Shown: piece after piece, positions 27,967-38,751 of the stretch | Numbering within the stretch: the first letter of the stretch is position 1 | Layout of the letters: every line of letters starts with the position of its first letter | Made by a program: the position numbers and the translations under genes | DNA from: Rhodosorus marinus CCMP1338 | Lineage: Eukaryota; Plantae; Rhodophyta | Reading direction: 5' to 3' | Length of the DNA: 64,000 bases | Assembly: GCA_029953675.1 (NCBI GenBank) | Contig: JAMWBK010000002.1 | Span: forward strand, 2,170,001-2,234,000 | Notes under the pieces: model-generated | The model's input: only the letters and a program-made list of their open reading frames with translations | The model's database searches: none | What the model was told of the DNA's origin: nothing

Positions 27967-28506
27967 TCATGTGAAAAGGAGCTGGATCCCGGTCGCGATG
28001 TGAGCCCCAAGAACGAGACACACCGTAATACCAACACCTGTATGCAAGGATCGAAGTTTGCTGATACCGAGGATGGCATTTGCCGAGAGTAGTACAAGAA
28101 GAGCAACGGCTGATTGACTGTGGATGCTTTTCCATATTTCCTTCTGCTGCATCGCGTACGAAAGTGTTCCACCGCCAAACCCAAGAGCGCAGATTCCTAA
28201 AAACGACGCCATCAGAATTTTATGGAGACTTTGTTGTCGTTCGGCGGAGTCTTTGCCTCTTGATTCAAATCCTAGTTTAACGCCAATACCCGCGAGCAGC
28301 GCCACCGATGACGTCATCAGGAGAGGATGCTCAATCCTCACAACTTCCGCTGGAATCCCAATGTACTTGTGCAAGATGGCCAAATCGGCAAAGTACGATT
28401 GAGCAGCGGCCTGGAAGGCCTCCCCGTACAGTCCCATCCTCGCCGAGCATCGCCTTACCCTCCGGACGGAAGACCCAACGGCACCTCCTCCCACAAACGC
28501 ATGCAT
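27967..28506 (-). CDS. Plastid-targeted membrane protein, DUF4079-like
   Basis: MHAFVGG... transit-peptide-like start. Conserved-looking histidines in EHPLLM, LHKILM, SIHSQ, RSLHTG and AHIATG between hydrophobic helices. Family call is from memory of the motif layout. Confidence 0.6.
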   Translation of the reverse strand: MHAFVGGGAVGSSVRRVRRCSARMGLYGEAFQAAAQSYFADLAILHKYIGIPAEVVRIEHPLLMTSSVALLAGIGVKLGFESRGKDSAERQQSLHKILMASFLGICALGFGGGTLSYAMQQKEIWKSIHSQSAVALLVLLSANAILGISKLRSLHTGVGITVCLVLGAHIATGIQLLFT

Positions 28507-28948
28507 GACTCCTCACTAGAAAACTGATTCCAGCAACACGTCACGGAGACAAGAAAATTACCCCATGCTCATACCTTCATTATCCATCTCTCATTACAAA
28601 AACCCAAGGAATGACTCTCGAACATGCACAATATGTTCGCCCGTCGACTTTTTGCAGATTCTCCCTAAAATTGCCAACCTCCCGTTGACAATTTGGATGT
28701 TGGCGATATGGGTTAACATTCCGAACTGGAAAAGTCACAAAAGAATTCCGAACCACAAACTGCATGCAGCGTTAAAAACTTCGCAACTTGATTTAATACC
28801 GAAATATTCCCATAAAACAATAATAATACAATTGGCCGACTACTATACAAAAACAAAGACCTGGTTTTCCGTTCTAAAAGTTGGGAAGAGTTACTTCCTA
28901 ACTGGTAAGGGATGACAGAATAGTTGTGTCTGCTCATCGCATCAAATA

Positions 28949-30337
28949 CTAGGTGATAGCCTGCATTGTGTTCTTCTGGCCTACTGCCGGCTCATGGAAC
29001 GAGTCTCGACGATTATCGATATTCTCACCGGCGTTTCCAGTAAACAGGCCCCCAAATATTTGAACAATTGAGCCGAGAGTATTCTTGCCATCCTCTGCAT
29101 TCTTCTCGTTTCCTTCGCTGCCATGAGAACTCGAGCGATCCTTCCTTTCCGTGCTAGTGGATTTGTCTAAGTTATGGCAAAGGCTCGCGTAGAGAATCTT
29201 AACAACGCTGGATTCTTCCGAGCGCAGTTGCTCCTCAACAGTGGACTCAGTACCCCATCCCATATCCGTCAACCACTGCACCACCTCTGAGTCTGGGTGC
29301 GCAAACACTTCTTGCGCTGCGTGTTTGCACTTCTCCTCAACCTCTTTGTACTTGGGGCGCCCGTTACCCGAAAACCAACTATGATCCCATACTTGCTGCA
29401 TGCTTGGCCTCGCTTCCGGGTATTTCACTACCATCATTCTGATCAGACCGGCACAGTCTTCACTGAGATACTGCATTGGGCAAAACCAAAAAAAATCGGT
29501 TAACTACAATGCTAGCGCTTCGTACGAAGCACTTCTGAGGCGCCTACCATTGGAACGTAAAATCTCCCCTGTCTCACTTTCTCCATCAAGCGTGTGAGGT
29601 TGTCGTCGTCGAAGGGTAGACTTCCCGTTACCAGTACGTACAAAATAACGCCACAGGCCCACATGTCTGCTTGCCGGCCGTTGTACAGTCTACCTTCCAG
29701 AACCTCGGGGGCTACGTAATGCGGTGAACCGCAGCAAGTAGCAAGAAGCGAAGTCGGCTTGATGTTCGAGGACAACCCGAAGTCCGCAAGCACCAGCCTT
29801 CCATCCTTGCTAAGCAGAAGGTTTTCCGGCTTTAAATCACGATGACAAACGTGTCTATCGTGACAGTGCCTCACTGCGGCGACCAGCTGCCGGAAATACT
29901 TGAGCGCCTCCTCCTCGTCCAGCTTCCCATTTTCGACCAGGTGCGTATACATGTCTCCTCCATCCATGTACTCAAGAACGAGCACAATCTTGTTCGGCGT
30001 TGAAATTACCTCGTGGAACTTGATAATATTTGGATGATCGAGCAACCTCATCAACGCCATCTCCCGCTTCAACAAGGTATGCAAGTGAGGTTTTTCCTCC
30101 AGCTTCTCCTTCTTAAAAACTTTCAAGGCAACCTTCTCTCCAGTTTCCGCGTTCCTCCCGGCATAAACTTTGGCTACAAGATGAAGAAACACAACACGAC
30201 CCTGTTAGAAACGACTGCGCCGACAACATAGAAAAGCAAATCCACGCCTCGGTCTTACCTGAAGAACCCTTCCCAAGCAGCTCCTCAACCACATACTTCC
30301 CATACCCCTTCCCAGGGGCCGCGCTCTCGTTGCACAT
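28949..30337 (-). CDS. BRSK/SAD/Gin4-type AMPK-related kinase; 3 exons
   Basis: HRDLKPEN, DFG, CGSPHY and LPFDDDNLTRLMEKVRQGRF (BRSK-like), followed by a UBA-like segment. Introns 30174-30258 and 29471-29547. Confidence 0.88.
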
Positions 30338-32662
30338 CTTTAGGAGAATAAAACCCACAAGATCTGGTAAAGCAAAACCCTCTCCCCAAAGCTCCAACTC
30401 ACCCAAATGAAAAAAAACCCTCAGTCCACTAAAAGCCCTCAACTTTCCTCCGCCTCACCTCCCACAAAATATAATATATATATACTCCCTCCAACCCCTT
30501 CCCCTCCTTCACTATAAAATGTCCACCAACTCAACACATGGTCAGACCACCAGCCTCATCACATACCCAACGTACTCTAGTCCCGCCCGTGACGTGATCC
30601 TATCCTCGCTACCATATATTGCAGTTGAAAAAAAGAACTACAACACAATACAACCCAGAAGCCCCCCCCCCCCCTTTTTCTTCCTCTTCCCTCCATTCAC
30701 TACCTACCCTCTTTCATCCGTTATAAGTTATCCAAAATCTACGATATTTAAAGTTTTTACCTTTAAATTAAATAAAATCCTAAACTATTTTTAAGAATTG
30801 CATTTTCTTCATTTTGTGGAAAGGTCGAAAGAATATCTTTTATAGATGTATATGAAAACTAAAATAGGTAGAATGCCCTGAATTGAGCATTAGGTTTCGC
30901 TTTTTTAAAAATGAGTATATTTTTCAGCTTGTTTTCGAAGAGAGAGGGGGGGGGGGGTGTGGGGCGGGAAGCAAAGACAAAATTAAAATAATAATGATAG
31001 GGGAAAAATTGCAATCATGCAACGTCCAGCGCAATATTAGAAAAGTGACGGGGGCACCAAATAGAGTTCAATCGGAGCGGTATTGGGGGAAAAAAATTAT
31101 TTTGAAGCTTTTTTTGTTGCCTAATCCAACAGTTGTGTGACAGCCTAGCATTCATTTTTGGTGGAAAAAAAATGGGTGGAGGGCGTCGATGAGGGAAGAG
31201 CAGCAATATGAGGCCACGTCTCAGAGTCACAGGTATTTGACCTCCCCTTACAAGACTGAGTATAGGAGCAAGACAAACAATGACCAGTGCATATGAAGAG
31301 GGGGATAAAATTTAGGACTCGGTTTGAATCTCCTACCGGATATTTGAATCTATTTATCAATATTGTCTTTAAGTATGTGCTTGAAAAATTCTCAAGACTT
31401 ATTTTATATCGTTTCGTTTCGATTTACCGATATTCCTGTAAAAAAGACCGCGAACAACTGATTTATTAGTAGGGGTTGCGTCGGAACGATACTCGACTGC
31501 ATCGAAAAACCTTCCCCCCGGGAACAGTTGACAAATCTCCGGCATGATGGTTGACTCACCTTGTTTTCCATTTTGGATAAATTTGTTTCTGGCCACAGAT
31601 TGCGAACAAAAATTGAGAAAATAGGATTTATCTAATCACAATGAGAAGAACCCTAAAAATATAATAAAGAATAAATTTTCAATGGTGGAATCCAATATCC
31701 TCTACCCCCTGAAAACGCGTGCTCCCTATAAGTATCTGGTGACGAGGGGGGCATGGCACAGTGCTCCTTTGTTTTTATTGATCCATACTTTATTCAACTC
31801 TTTCAATAAAATGTGCATTAAAGAGTCCACCATTAGGGTGGGTAGATGCCCAACCCATTTGATATGCTCGTCCAGACACGATTTTTAAAGACACTTGGTC
31901 ATACTGATTGAATCTCTCGGAGGCAACAGACTTTATACCAATAATACGATGACATCTGTCCAATTTGAAAATATCTTGTGAGAACCTGATCAGGATTATG
32001 AATGGAAACGCTCTTTTGTGTTGCGAGATACGAGGGAAACTCATTTCAGCCAATGGGAGGAAGAAATTTCATTATTGATTGAGGTTCTTTGGCATTTGAA
32101 TGGCGTTTTGCGCTCCACATTACTTGCATTTTGGATACCGTTTGCCAGCATGTATATCCAATCATCTCCGAAGACACCTTTTACGCCATCGATTTGATGA
32201 GCTGGGGAAGCCCGCTTTTTGAAGTGCATTTTTGGGTGTTTCTGGAAAAGTGAACAGAAGAGAATGGGAGGGGGCCAGGGGGTGGGAAGGGTCAAGTGTA
32301 GTATCGATGACGGGAAATTTTTTTTGGCTTACGCATGATTATAATATAACCAAACCATATATTTTATGTTGCCTTCCTGTATCTCTGTTCATTTGCTATA
32401 TTTTGACTTGGGGAGGGGTTGCTGCCTGTTTCAGGATCCGGATAGTAAGATGGCAGAACAGGGCAGTCGCTATTAGCTGGTAAAACGTCCTATAGTTCAG
32501 TCTCCTGAATTTGCTTGCGAATTCGGTTCAAAACATTCTGACGGATGTGATATGATTGATATGTGGCATATGAGCTTCCCTCACTTTCGGCTGTGCTCTA
32601 TGTGAGGTTCGAGTGGGGCGCATATGGCAATACACTGGTCTAAATAACGCTTCTCCCTAGCG

Positions 32663-32906
32663 CTGTCGAAGACCGTGTGGTGAGGGTATCCTCAAGACTC
32701 TTGCTGATGAGTTTCCAAAGTGATCAGTGTGGATGTTGTTTAGTCGGTCTGTCGAAGACCGTGTGGTGAGGGTATCCACAAGACTCTTGCTGATGAGTTT
32801 CCAAAGTGATCAGTGTGGATGTAGTTTAGACGGTCGTGTGGTGAGGGTATCCACAAGACTCTTGCTGATGAGTTTCCAAAGTGATCAGTGTGGATGTAGT
32901 TTAGTC
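32663..32906. repeat. Three near-identical tandem copies of a ~70-bp core (periods 86 and 75 bp)
   Basis: CGTGTGGTGAGGGTATCC(T/A)CAAGACTCTTGCTGATGAGTTTCCAAAGTGATCAGTGTGGATGT(T/A)GTTTAG starts at 32674, 32760 and 32835. Confidence 0.95.
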
Positions 32907-33559
32907 CTTGGCTGTTGTACAAGCGCGAGCGTTCGATTGGCATGTGGCGTGATTTCTTGACGCAATGCCAATCTCGGCCAAAAACCAGCACCAGTATCCT
33001 CGCCTGTCACTCGCCCATGTGCACAGGGTAGTCTCTGGCAGCCTGCTGCAGCGCCCCCCGCAAAGATGACATGTCAAATGCTCAAGCGCAGTCCAAATCT
33101 TTGTCTCCAAATGGTAGAGCGGTCCCCGGAGCATCCCCACACTCAGCCCCGCGGTATGCCAACCAACATACTCAACTCAATCGTCTGCCAGGCAATATAC
33201 TCAACTCGGTCCTCAGAGACGGGTGACTCGAACCTGAAAACTCCCTCCCAAAATATGTACTAAACGACAGTTTGCCCTCTGAAGGATAAAGACTGTGGCG
33301 CGGGAAAAATTGATGTAGTATCGAATCTGCTTCTTGCTACTGGCAGTCTGGGGCAGCTGATGGACCGCTAACCATCGAGCATCCGCTACGGCTTCCTCAT
33401 CAAATTAAGCCAGGCGCTCGCTTGTGTTGTCGTGTTTCAGTCTGTGCCAAGTCATGATCGGTTTAATCGGATTCGAAGGTCTCCGAATGAGGTTCTCTAG
33501 AAGGGGCGTAGAGAGCGTGCCTTCCCGAACTCACTCCACCAATCATCGGCATATCTTGC

Positions 33560-34150
33560 CATAGTCGATGAGCCAACGGTCCCAGCGTAGGCGAGGGCAC
33601 TACTTCGTTCAGCCACGGACGCCGACAGTGGCACCTAGATTCTTGACATTCCATCCCGCACGACCTTTGTGTCAAGGCAACGACTCATCGCAAACATTCG
33701 ACAACTTCTCGGCGTATCGCGCTCTGTCACCTTGCCCTTCCTGCCGGGCCACGCACGATATCAGCGGGTACCAGCCGCTCCGCGCTGCTCCCGTTCTCCA
33801 CGAATGCGAATCCACCGACACCACGAGCTGGTGGACACTGTACCGCGACTGCTGAGAGACTGGGGTTATGATGACGTTGCTGTGGAACCAGGACCCATGA
33901 AGGGGAAACTGTCTCACCGAGCACCAGATATTCAGGCGGAGCAGCCTCGGACGCACCGTTTCTGCCGTCGTACTCACGAGCCCGTCCCAGACCCAGCACC
34001 TGCGACAAACAGCTAGCCTTACCGCCGCACAGAGCAAAGTCAACAAAATACCCCGTGACCACTGCAGAGCCAGAGGACTTTATCCCGATGGCCGCGAAAC
34101 ACACTGAAGACTTGCAGCACTTACAATACCAGACCTTCGCCGCGATGAAC
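33560..34150 (+). mobile_element. Degenerate CRE/R2-type non-LTR retrotransposon, restriction-like endonuclease region
   Basis: RALLRSA...SGT*ILDIP...IRQLLG, C...RIHRHHELVDTV...VEP...RAPDI and, across frameshifts, VLTSP...AA..K..KY...FIPMA. This matches the RH/E/PD RLE layout. Stops and frameshifts are present. Confidence 0.75.
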
Positions 34151-34429
34151 CGCACCTGTGGAGAGGCAAGTCTTGGGTTGCACACTAGGTAGTTGTGAGA
34201 GCGCCAGTAGTCATAACAGTTAGTGTTTACTGAGGATTTAGTAGTCACACACTTGTGACTCCCCTTTTCCCTATCGTAGGACGCCCACCCGGGGTTGTTT
34301 GTTTTCCAGTAAACCATGAGTCAGACTCAAGAAACGTACAGTCGGGAAAGAGCATCAAGACGGGCACTGCAACACTCCTGCAACCAAGCACCCGCAGCAC
34401 TACTTAAGAATCCGCACACCTGTTCGCAA

Positions 34430-34560
34430 CGACAACAGCAGTTCATTCAGAGCCCGTCTACCCTGAGGAGCGGAAAGGGAGACGCTGAAGATGAACTAAT
34501 GCGACGAATCGATGGGCAAGCGCAGACTGCAAAGCCTCAGCGTTGGTAACCTCGGGCGTA
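34430..34560 (-). mobile_element. Second CRE-family 3'-end fragment
   Basis: Reverse complement ...CTCAGGGTAGACGGGCTCTGAATGAAC resembles + strand 36131-36158 CTCAGGGTAGTTAGGCTCTGAATAAAC. Peptide ends HLQRLPFRSSG* versus HQRLISRFSG*. Confidence 0.55.
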
Positions 34561-34689
34561 TACCCGGACTCCTCAGGGTTCCCCATAGTATTCGCTGCGG
34601 CTCCCCTACGGCGGTGCGGGCAGGTGCTAAGCCGCAGGGGAAGAAAGGGAGCGTAAAAAGTTCACATATGCATGTCCGAGTACGACATA

Positions 34690-35503
34690 ATATCCCCTGC
34701 ATAGAAGGGAAACATGGAAGGTCGGATGTACATCCATGTTTTAAGGCAGCGTCCAGGAGTGTAGGAGTAGCAACAGCAATAACCTTGCCCGCAATCTTGA
34801 ACGGTCCAAAATATCGGGGTCTGAATGCCTTCGGGTCGCGCAGAGGCAAGTTCGTCGTTGACAGCAGCACCAACTCGCCAGGAGCAAACTCCTGGTTGTG
34901 CCTACATCAGGCGCACCACGGAGTTGCAGAAGTATGTTGAAAAAGGTTTGCAAAGGAAGCAAGACATCCTATGGACATCATCGCATCTGCGTCCGCACAG
35001 TTCGTATCCGACCTGTAGCGGGAACATCACGCAGAACCTCCAGGAGATCGTTTCGGCATTCATAAAAACAGTCAACCTGCTGAAGCAACGGAATCGCTGG
35101 CCTAGTCTCTGAGAGGATGGGCCAACACTTTTGAAGTGCCAGTGCGATTTACAAGCGGCAGTGCAAGTTTGGCCCTCCGGGTGCGCTGCTGAATATGTCT
35201 TGTCAGGACGTGACAATACGGGCCCAGCAACGAAGCAAGCACGGTATCGGCGTACAGCTCATTCTTCAACAGATCCCTGATTCAAGTCGAAGATATCTCC
35301 GACTCTGCGGCCACAACCATGAATTAGGGCGTCCACAGCCAAGGCGTGGGTTCCGCATGGTGGGTGACAACGGAATCCCAGGTTTTTTTTGATCACAGAC
35401 CCATGTGAACGAGGTCAGATACCTAGCATTCACGGATGGCGAGGCAGCCGGCAGACCGATGATCACAAGACGTGCAGGATGTGTGTGATGGCGATGAGAC
35501 CAA
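34690..35503 (-). mobile_element. Degenerate Ty3/gypsy pol fragments (integrase C-terminal GPY/F region; possible RNase H end)
   Basis: FAPGELVLLSTTNLPLRDPKAFRPRYFGPFKI then, frameshifted, TLP*NMDVHPTFHVSLL. Upstream DHRS and AVDAL remnants. Confidence 0.75.
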
Positions 35504-35644
35504 CCGAAACGTGCGCGAGTTCACCTGCGGACCTGACCGCCCGAATTCTTCTTAAATTCAGATTTTTACTCCGTCCACTTTCCCAATTCAGGACGTTTCA
35601 ATTCGGAACATTTTAAAGACACTCTGTGAAACATCATCAGGCAA

Positions 35645-36564
35645 GCCGGAAAGAAAGGAATATACCATACCACGGATTACACATTCGGGCCGGTCCTACC
35701 CGCCCAGAAGCCAGGAGCTAGGAAAAGGGAAATATGCCCACCTGACCTGCCACTACTGCGGGAAGAGGGGACATTCACAGCGCATCTGCTGGAACGACCC
35801 TGCGAACGATTCACGAAATGTGCGCACTTCATTCCCACGACAACCACAGTCACCGCGCTGGAGACGGCGAACTAGTTCTTACGACATTGGACAAGGTTCG
35901 CGGGATGTCAAACCCTACTTTTCGCGACTCGGCGGTGACATACCGGTTTATCCCCCTCATTGTTGAATGCTTTGGCTTGATAGATAGTGTAGGTTCTCGC
36001 TGGCTGCGCGGTGTCTTTCGCAACGACCCAGGGCGTCTAGATAGTCTGCTCACGAAGCTTTCTTTGACCCTGTGGCGCTCAAATGCTGCTTTGTTTGTAG
36101 ACGCGCGTCATCAGCGCCTTATATCTCGCTTCTCAGGGTAGTTAGGCTCTGAATAAACGTGATGGATGGAGTACCTTCTGACATCGTCTCTGACCGTGAT
36201 ACTCGTTTCATGAGCCTGCTTGACCTTCAGGGAACGCATCAGTTCCTGCCAAAACAAGCTCATGAAACGAGTATCACGGTCAGAGACGATGTCAGAAGGT
36301 ACTCCCGCGAACCTTATCCAATGTCGTAAGAACAAGTTCGCCGTCTCCAGCGCGGTGACTGTGGTTGGTCGTGGGAATGAAGTGCGCGTATTTCGTGAAT
36401 CGTTCGCAGGGTCGTTCCAGCAGATGCGGTGTGAATGTCCCCTCTTCCCGCAGTAGTGGCAGGTCAGGTGGGCATATTTCCCTTTTCCTAGCTCCTGGCT
36501 TCTGGGCTGGTAGGACCGGCCCGAACGTGTACCCCGTGGTATGGTATTTTCCTTTCTTTCCGGC
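35645..36564. repeat. Long inverted repeat (foldback) of gypsy gag/integrase sequence
   Basis: 35645-35905 matches the reverse complement of 36303-36564 with about 11 differences in 261 nt. 36168-36215 and 36258-36305 form a perfect 48-bp stem around a 42-nt loop. Confidence 0.95.
35906..36167 (+). mobile_element. 5'-truncated CRE-type non-LTR 3' end inserted in the left arm of the foldback
   Basis: YRFIPLIVECFG...LSLTLWRSNAALF...RFSG* is the RLE C-terminal FxP/E-xG and LxRxNA pattern, followed by AATAAA. It interrupts GCGGGA|GTACC with GGA present at both junctions. Confidence 0.7.
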
Positions 36565-37130
36565 GTGCGTGGTTCCCGGTCTCGGTTGTCCCGTTTCAGC
36601 CCCTGGCTCGCGATGTCGGCCCCTTCGGTTTTGAGGGCCAGAGCCTGGGCCTCCTCAAATGTTGAAACATCCTGAATATAGAGAAGTTTCTTTATCTCCG
36701 GTTTCAGGCCTTCAACGAACCGGTCGCATTTTTCGGAGTCCGAGAATGCACCTATTTGGATTAGGCACTTGTTAAAATATGCCGAGTAGGCTGCAACCGA
36801 CGTCCGCTGTGCCGCACGCGCTAATTGTTGCATCCGCGGTGTAGAACTGCGTTTTAAGGAGTTTCTCGAAGTCTTCAGAGGTCTCGGGTTTGTGGGAGTC
36901 CGGAATCAATGACCACCAATAGGATGCGACACCGGTCAAATATCCCTCCGCCAAGGTAATTTTGTAATCGTGGTCGTCGTCGGGTAGGCGGGCAAGCTTA
37001 AGTTACGTTCTGAGGTTGTTCAAGAATGTACTGATAGCAGCGCGTCCCTTTTTCCATCGTATGCCCATGGTTGAGGGCCTGTATCTTCATTAGAGATGTC
37101 ATTCTTCTCCTTCCTCAGGAACAATTCTCT
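36216..37130 (-). mobile_element. Internally deleted Ty3/gypsy element: gag (frameshifted) fused directly to integrase core
   Basis: YDGKRDAAISTFL...KITLAEGYLTGVASYWW, FVEGLKPEI, zinc knuckle CHYCGKRGHSHRIC, then TALETANLFLRHWIRFAGVPSDIVSDRDTRFMSLFW. No protease, RT or RNase H lies between. Confidence 0.9.
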
Positions 37131-37142
37131 GCGATGAGACCA
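37131..37142 (-). promoter_or_regulatory. Primer-binding site TGGTCTCATCGC
   Basis: On the minus strand, ...CGTTACA-AAT-TGGTCTCATCGC: canonical LTR-end CA, a 3-nt spacer, then TGG, immediately upstream of gag. Confidence 0.7.
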
Positions 37143-37145
37143 ATT

Positions 37146-37740
37146 TGTAACGTTGGTCTTATTAGCTGTCTCGGATCCAAGTATTAAGTTTAAATCACCC
37201 TTTGTAATATATTGTTCTTATCTTGGATACCTTCTTCTCTGGCTCTAATCCTGAGGATGGAGGTCGTAGCTTCCGTATTTATAGGCTTTCAGGTCATGAT
37301 CTGGACTTGTGAGACTACTATTATTAGCCCTGTCGTACTATATCTTGCCCGCTGGCGGCCATCTTGGCTGTTCTATATTTTGTACGCTGGCTAAACTCCT
37401 GACGTCTTACTTGAAGATGACTTTTGTCCTGGTTTCAATTTCTTCGTAGATCGGCTTTTCCTAACTCTTCCTAACTCTTTTAGCGTTCTCCCACACGCTA
37501 TACCCTGAGAGAGATGTCATTGTTACCGTATTTATAGGCTAAGTTTGGCGTGCCAAATCTTGTCACGATTCTCCACTTTAGCCCGTAGGTTGGGCTAGGC
37601 CGTGCTAGGTTTAGCACTCTGTCTGGCCCATGCTAGTGCTAATCACTCGTCACGTTCTGTGCTCCTTTCTGGACAGCTTGTCCTTTTTATCAACCAGGAC
37701 AACCTGTCCTTATTAAACGACAGCCTGTCTCATTTTGACA
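37146..37740 (-). mobile_element. 5' LTR of the gypsy element (~595 bp; outer end tentative)
   Basis: TG...CA termini (TGTAACG at 37146; TTGACA at 37740). Two identical AGCCTATAAATACGG TATA-containing 15-mers at 37273-37287 and 37526-37540. No partner LTR found. Confidence 0.6.
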
Positions 37741-38047
37741 GTCTGTCCTGGATTTTTTTTCGCCGGCGAATGCGACGTCGACGGACTTCATATTATTTTA
37801 GTTTTCCGGGGGTTTTAGGCTTGGCATTGGCCTCAGTGATCAATTTTAGAGCGTTTTCGGGATTGTTGAGGATGGACAATGAATTTTTTCGGATATTGGG
37901 CAGTCATAGAGGAGAGAAGGGATTGAGGGGGTGTTTGTCGTAGGAGGGGAGGGGGGGGGTGGAGAAGGTCTGAGGCTTGAGAAGGAGGGCCTTTTAGGTT
38001 TTGTTGTGTTTGCAGTTGTTACGTTTCTTCTTTCATTTTTAATTAGT

Positions 38048-38751
38048 ATGGTTAGTGGAAAGCAGAAGCCGAACAACCCCATGAGGGAGTTGAAGGTTCA
38101 CAAGTTGGTGCTGAACTGTTGCGTTGGAGAGTCTGGAGATCGATTGACGAGGGCTTCGAGAGTGCTGGAGCAGTTGACAGGTCAGCAGCCGATTTTGTCC
38201 AAGTCGAGATTGACTATTCGAACGTTTGGTATCCGGCGAAACGAAAAAATCTCTTGCCATGTCACCGTGCGTGGGGACAAGGCAGAAGAAATTCTGGAGA
38301 GGGGCTTGAAGGTTAAGGAGTACGAGTTGCGTTCAAGGAACTTTTCCGACACCGGTAACTTTGGATTCGGAATCACCGAGCACATCGATCTTGGCCTCAA
38401 GGTAAGGAAACAGACAGAAGAAGCGAGCTTGTAACCTTCGGGAATCGCTGACCCACTAGCGTTACTGTATGCAGTACGATCCTACTACTGGTATCTACGG
38501 AATGGACTTCTACATTGTGCTGAAGCGAGCTGGTGACCGCGTGTCGAAGAGGAGAAGGTAAGGGTGTTGGAGGACGCATCTACTTCTGGGCATGCCGAGG
38601 GGGACCTGCTGTCCGCTTTTTCTAATGCATGTATTTTGCGGGTTTTCTTTGTCTTAGGTGCAAGAATTCTGTTGGAAAGTTCCAGCGTGTACTTAAGGAG
38701 GATGCTATCAAGTGGTTCCAAGCTAAATATGACGGAATTGTGCTCAACTGA
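38048..38751 (+). CDS. RPL11: 60S ribosomal protein L11 (uL5); introns 38402-38474 and 38558-38657
   Basis: [52 protein letters not shown]|[23 protein letters not shown]. Confidence 0.97.

Noticed and set aside
31305-31350. tRNA-like T-loop (GGTTTGAATC)
   Set aside because: The flanks do not pair into a T-stem, and no acceptor, D or anticodon arms are present.
32663-32906. CRISPR-like array
   Set aside because: The units are almost wholly identical with no unique spacers, there are no cas genes, and the context is eukaryotic and intron-containing.
34243-34275. Polypurine tract and small hairpin as start of a 3' LTR
   Set aside because: AGGGAAAAGGGGA is present on the minus strand, but the following sequence does not begin with TG and does not match 37146-37740.
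38402-38657. Intronic snoRNAs in RPL11
   Set aside because: The introns are 73 and 100 nt, with no paired C/D or H/ACA boxes.
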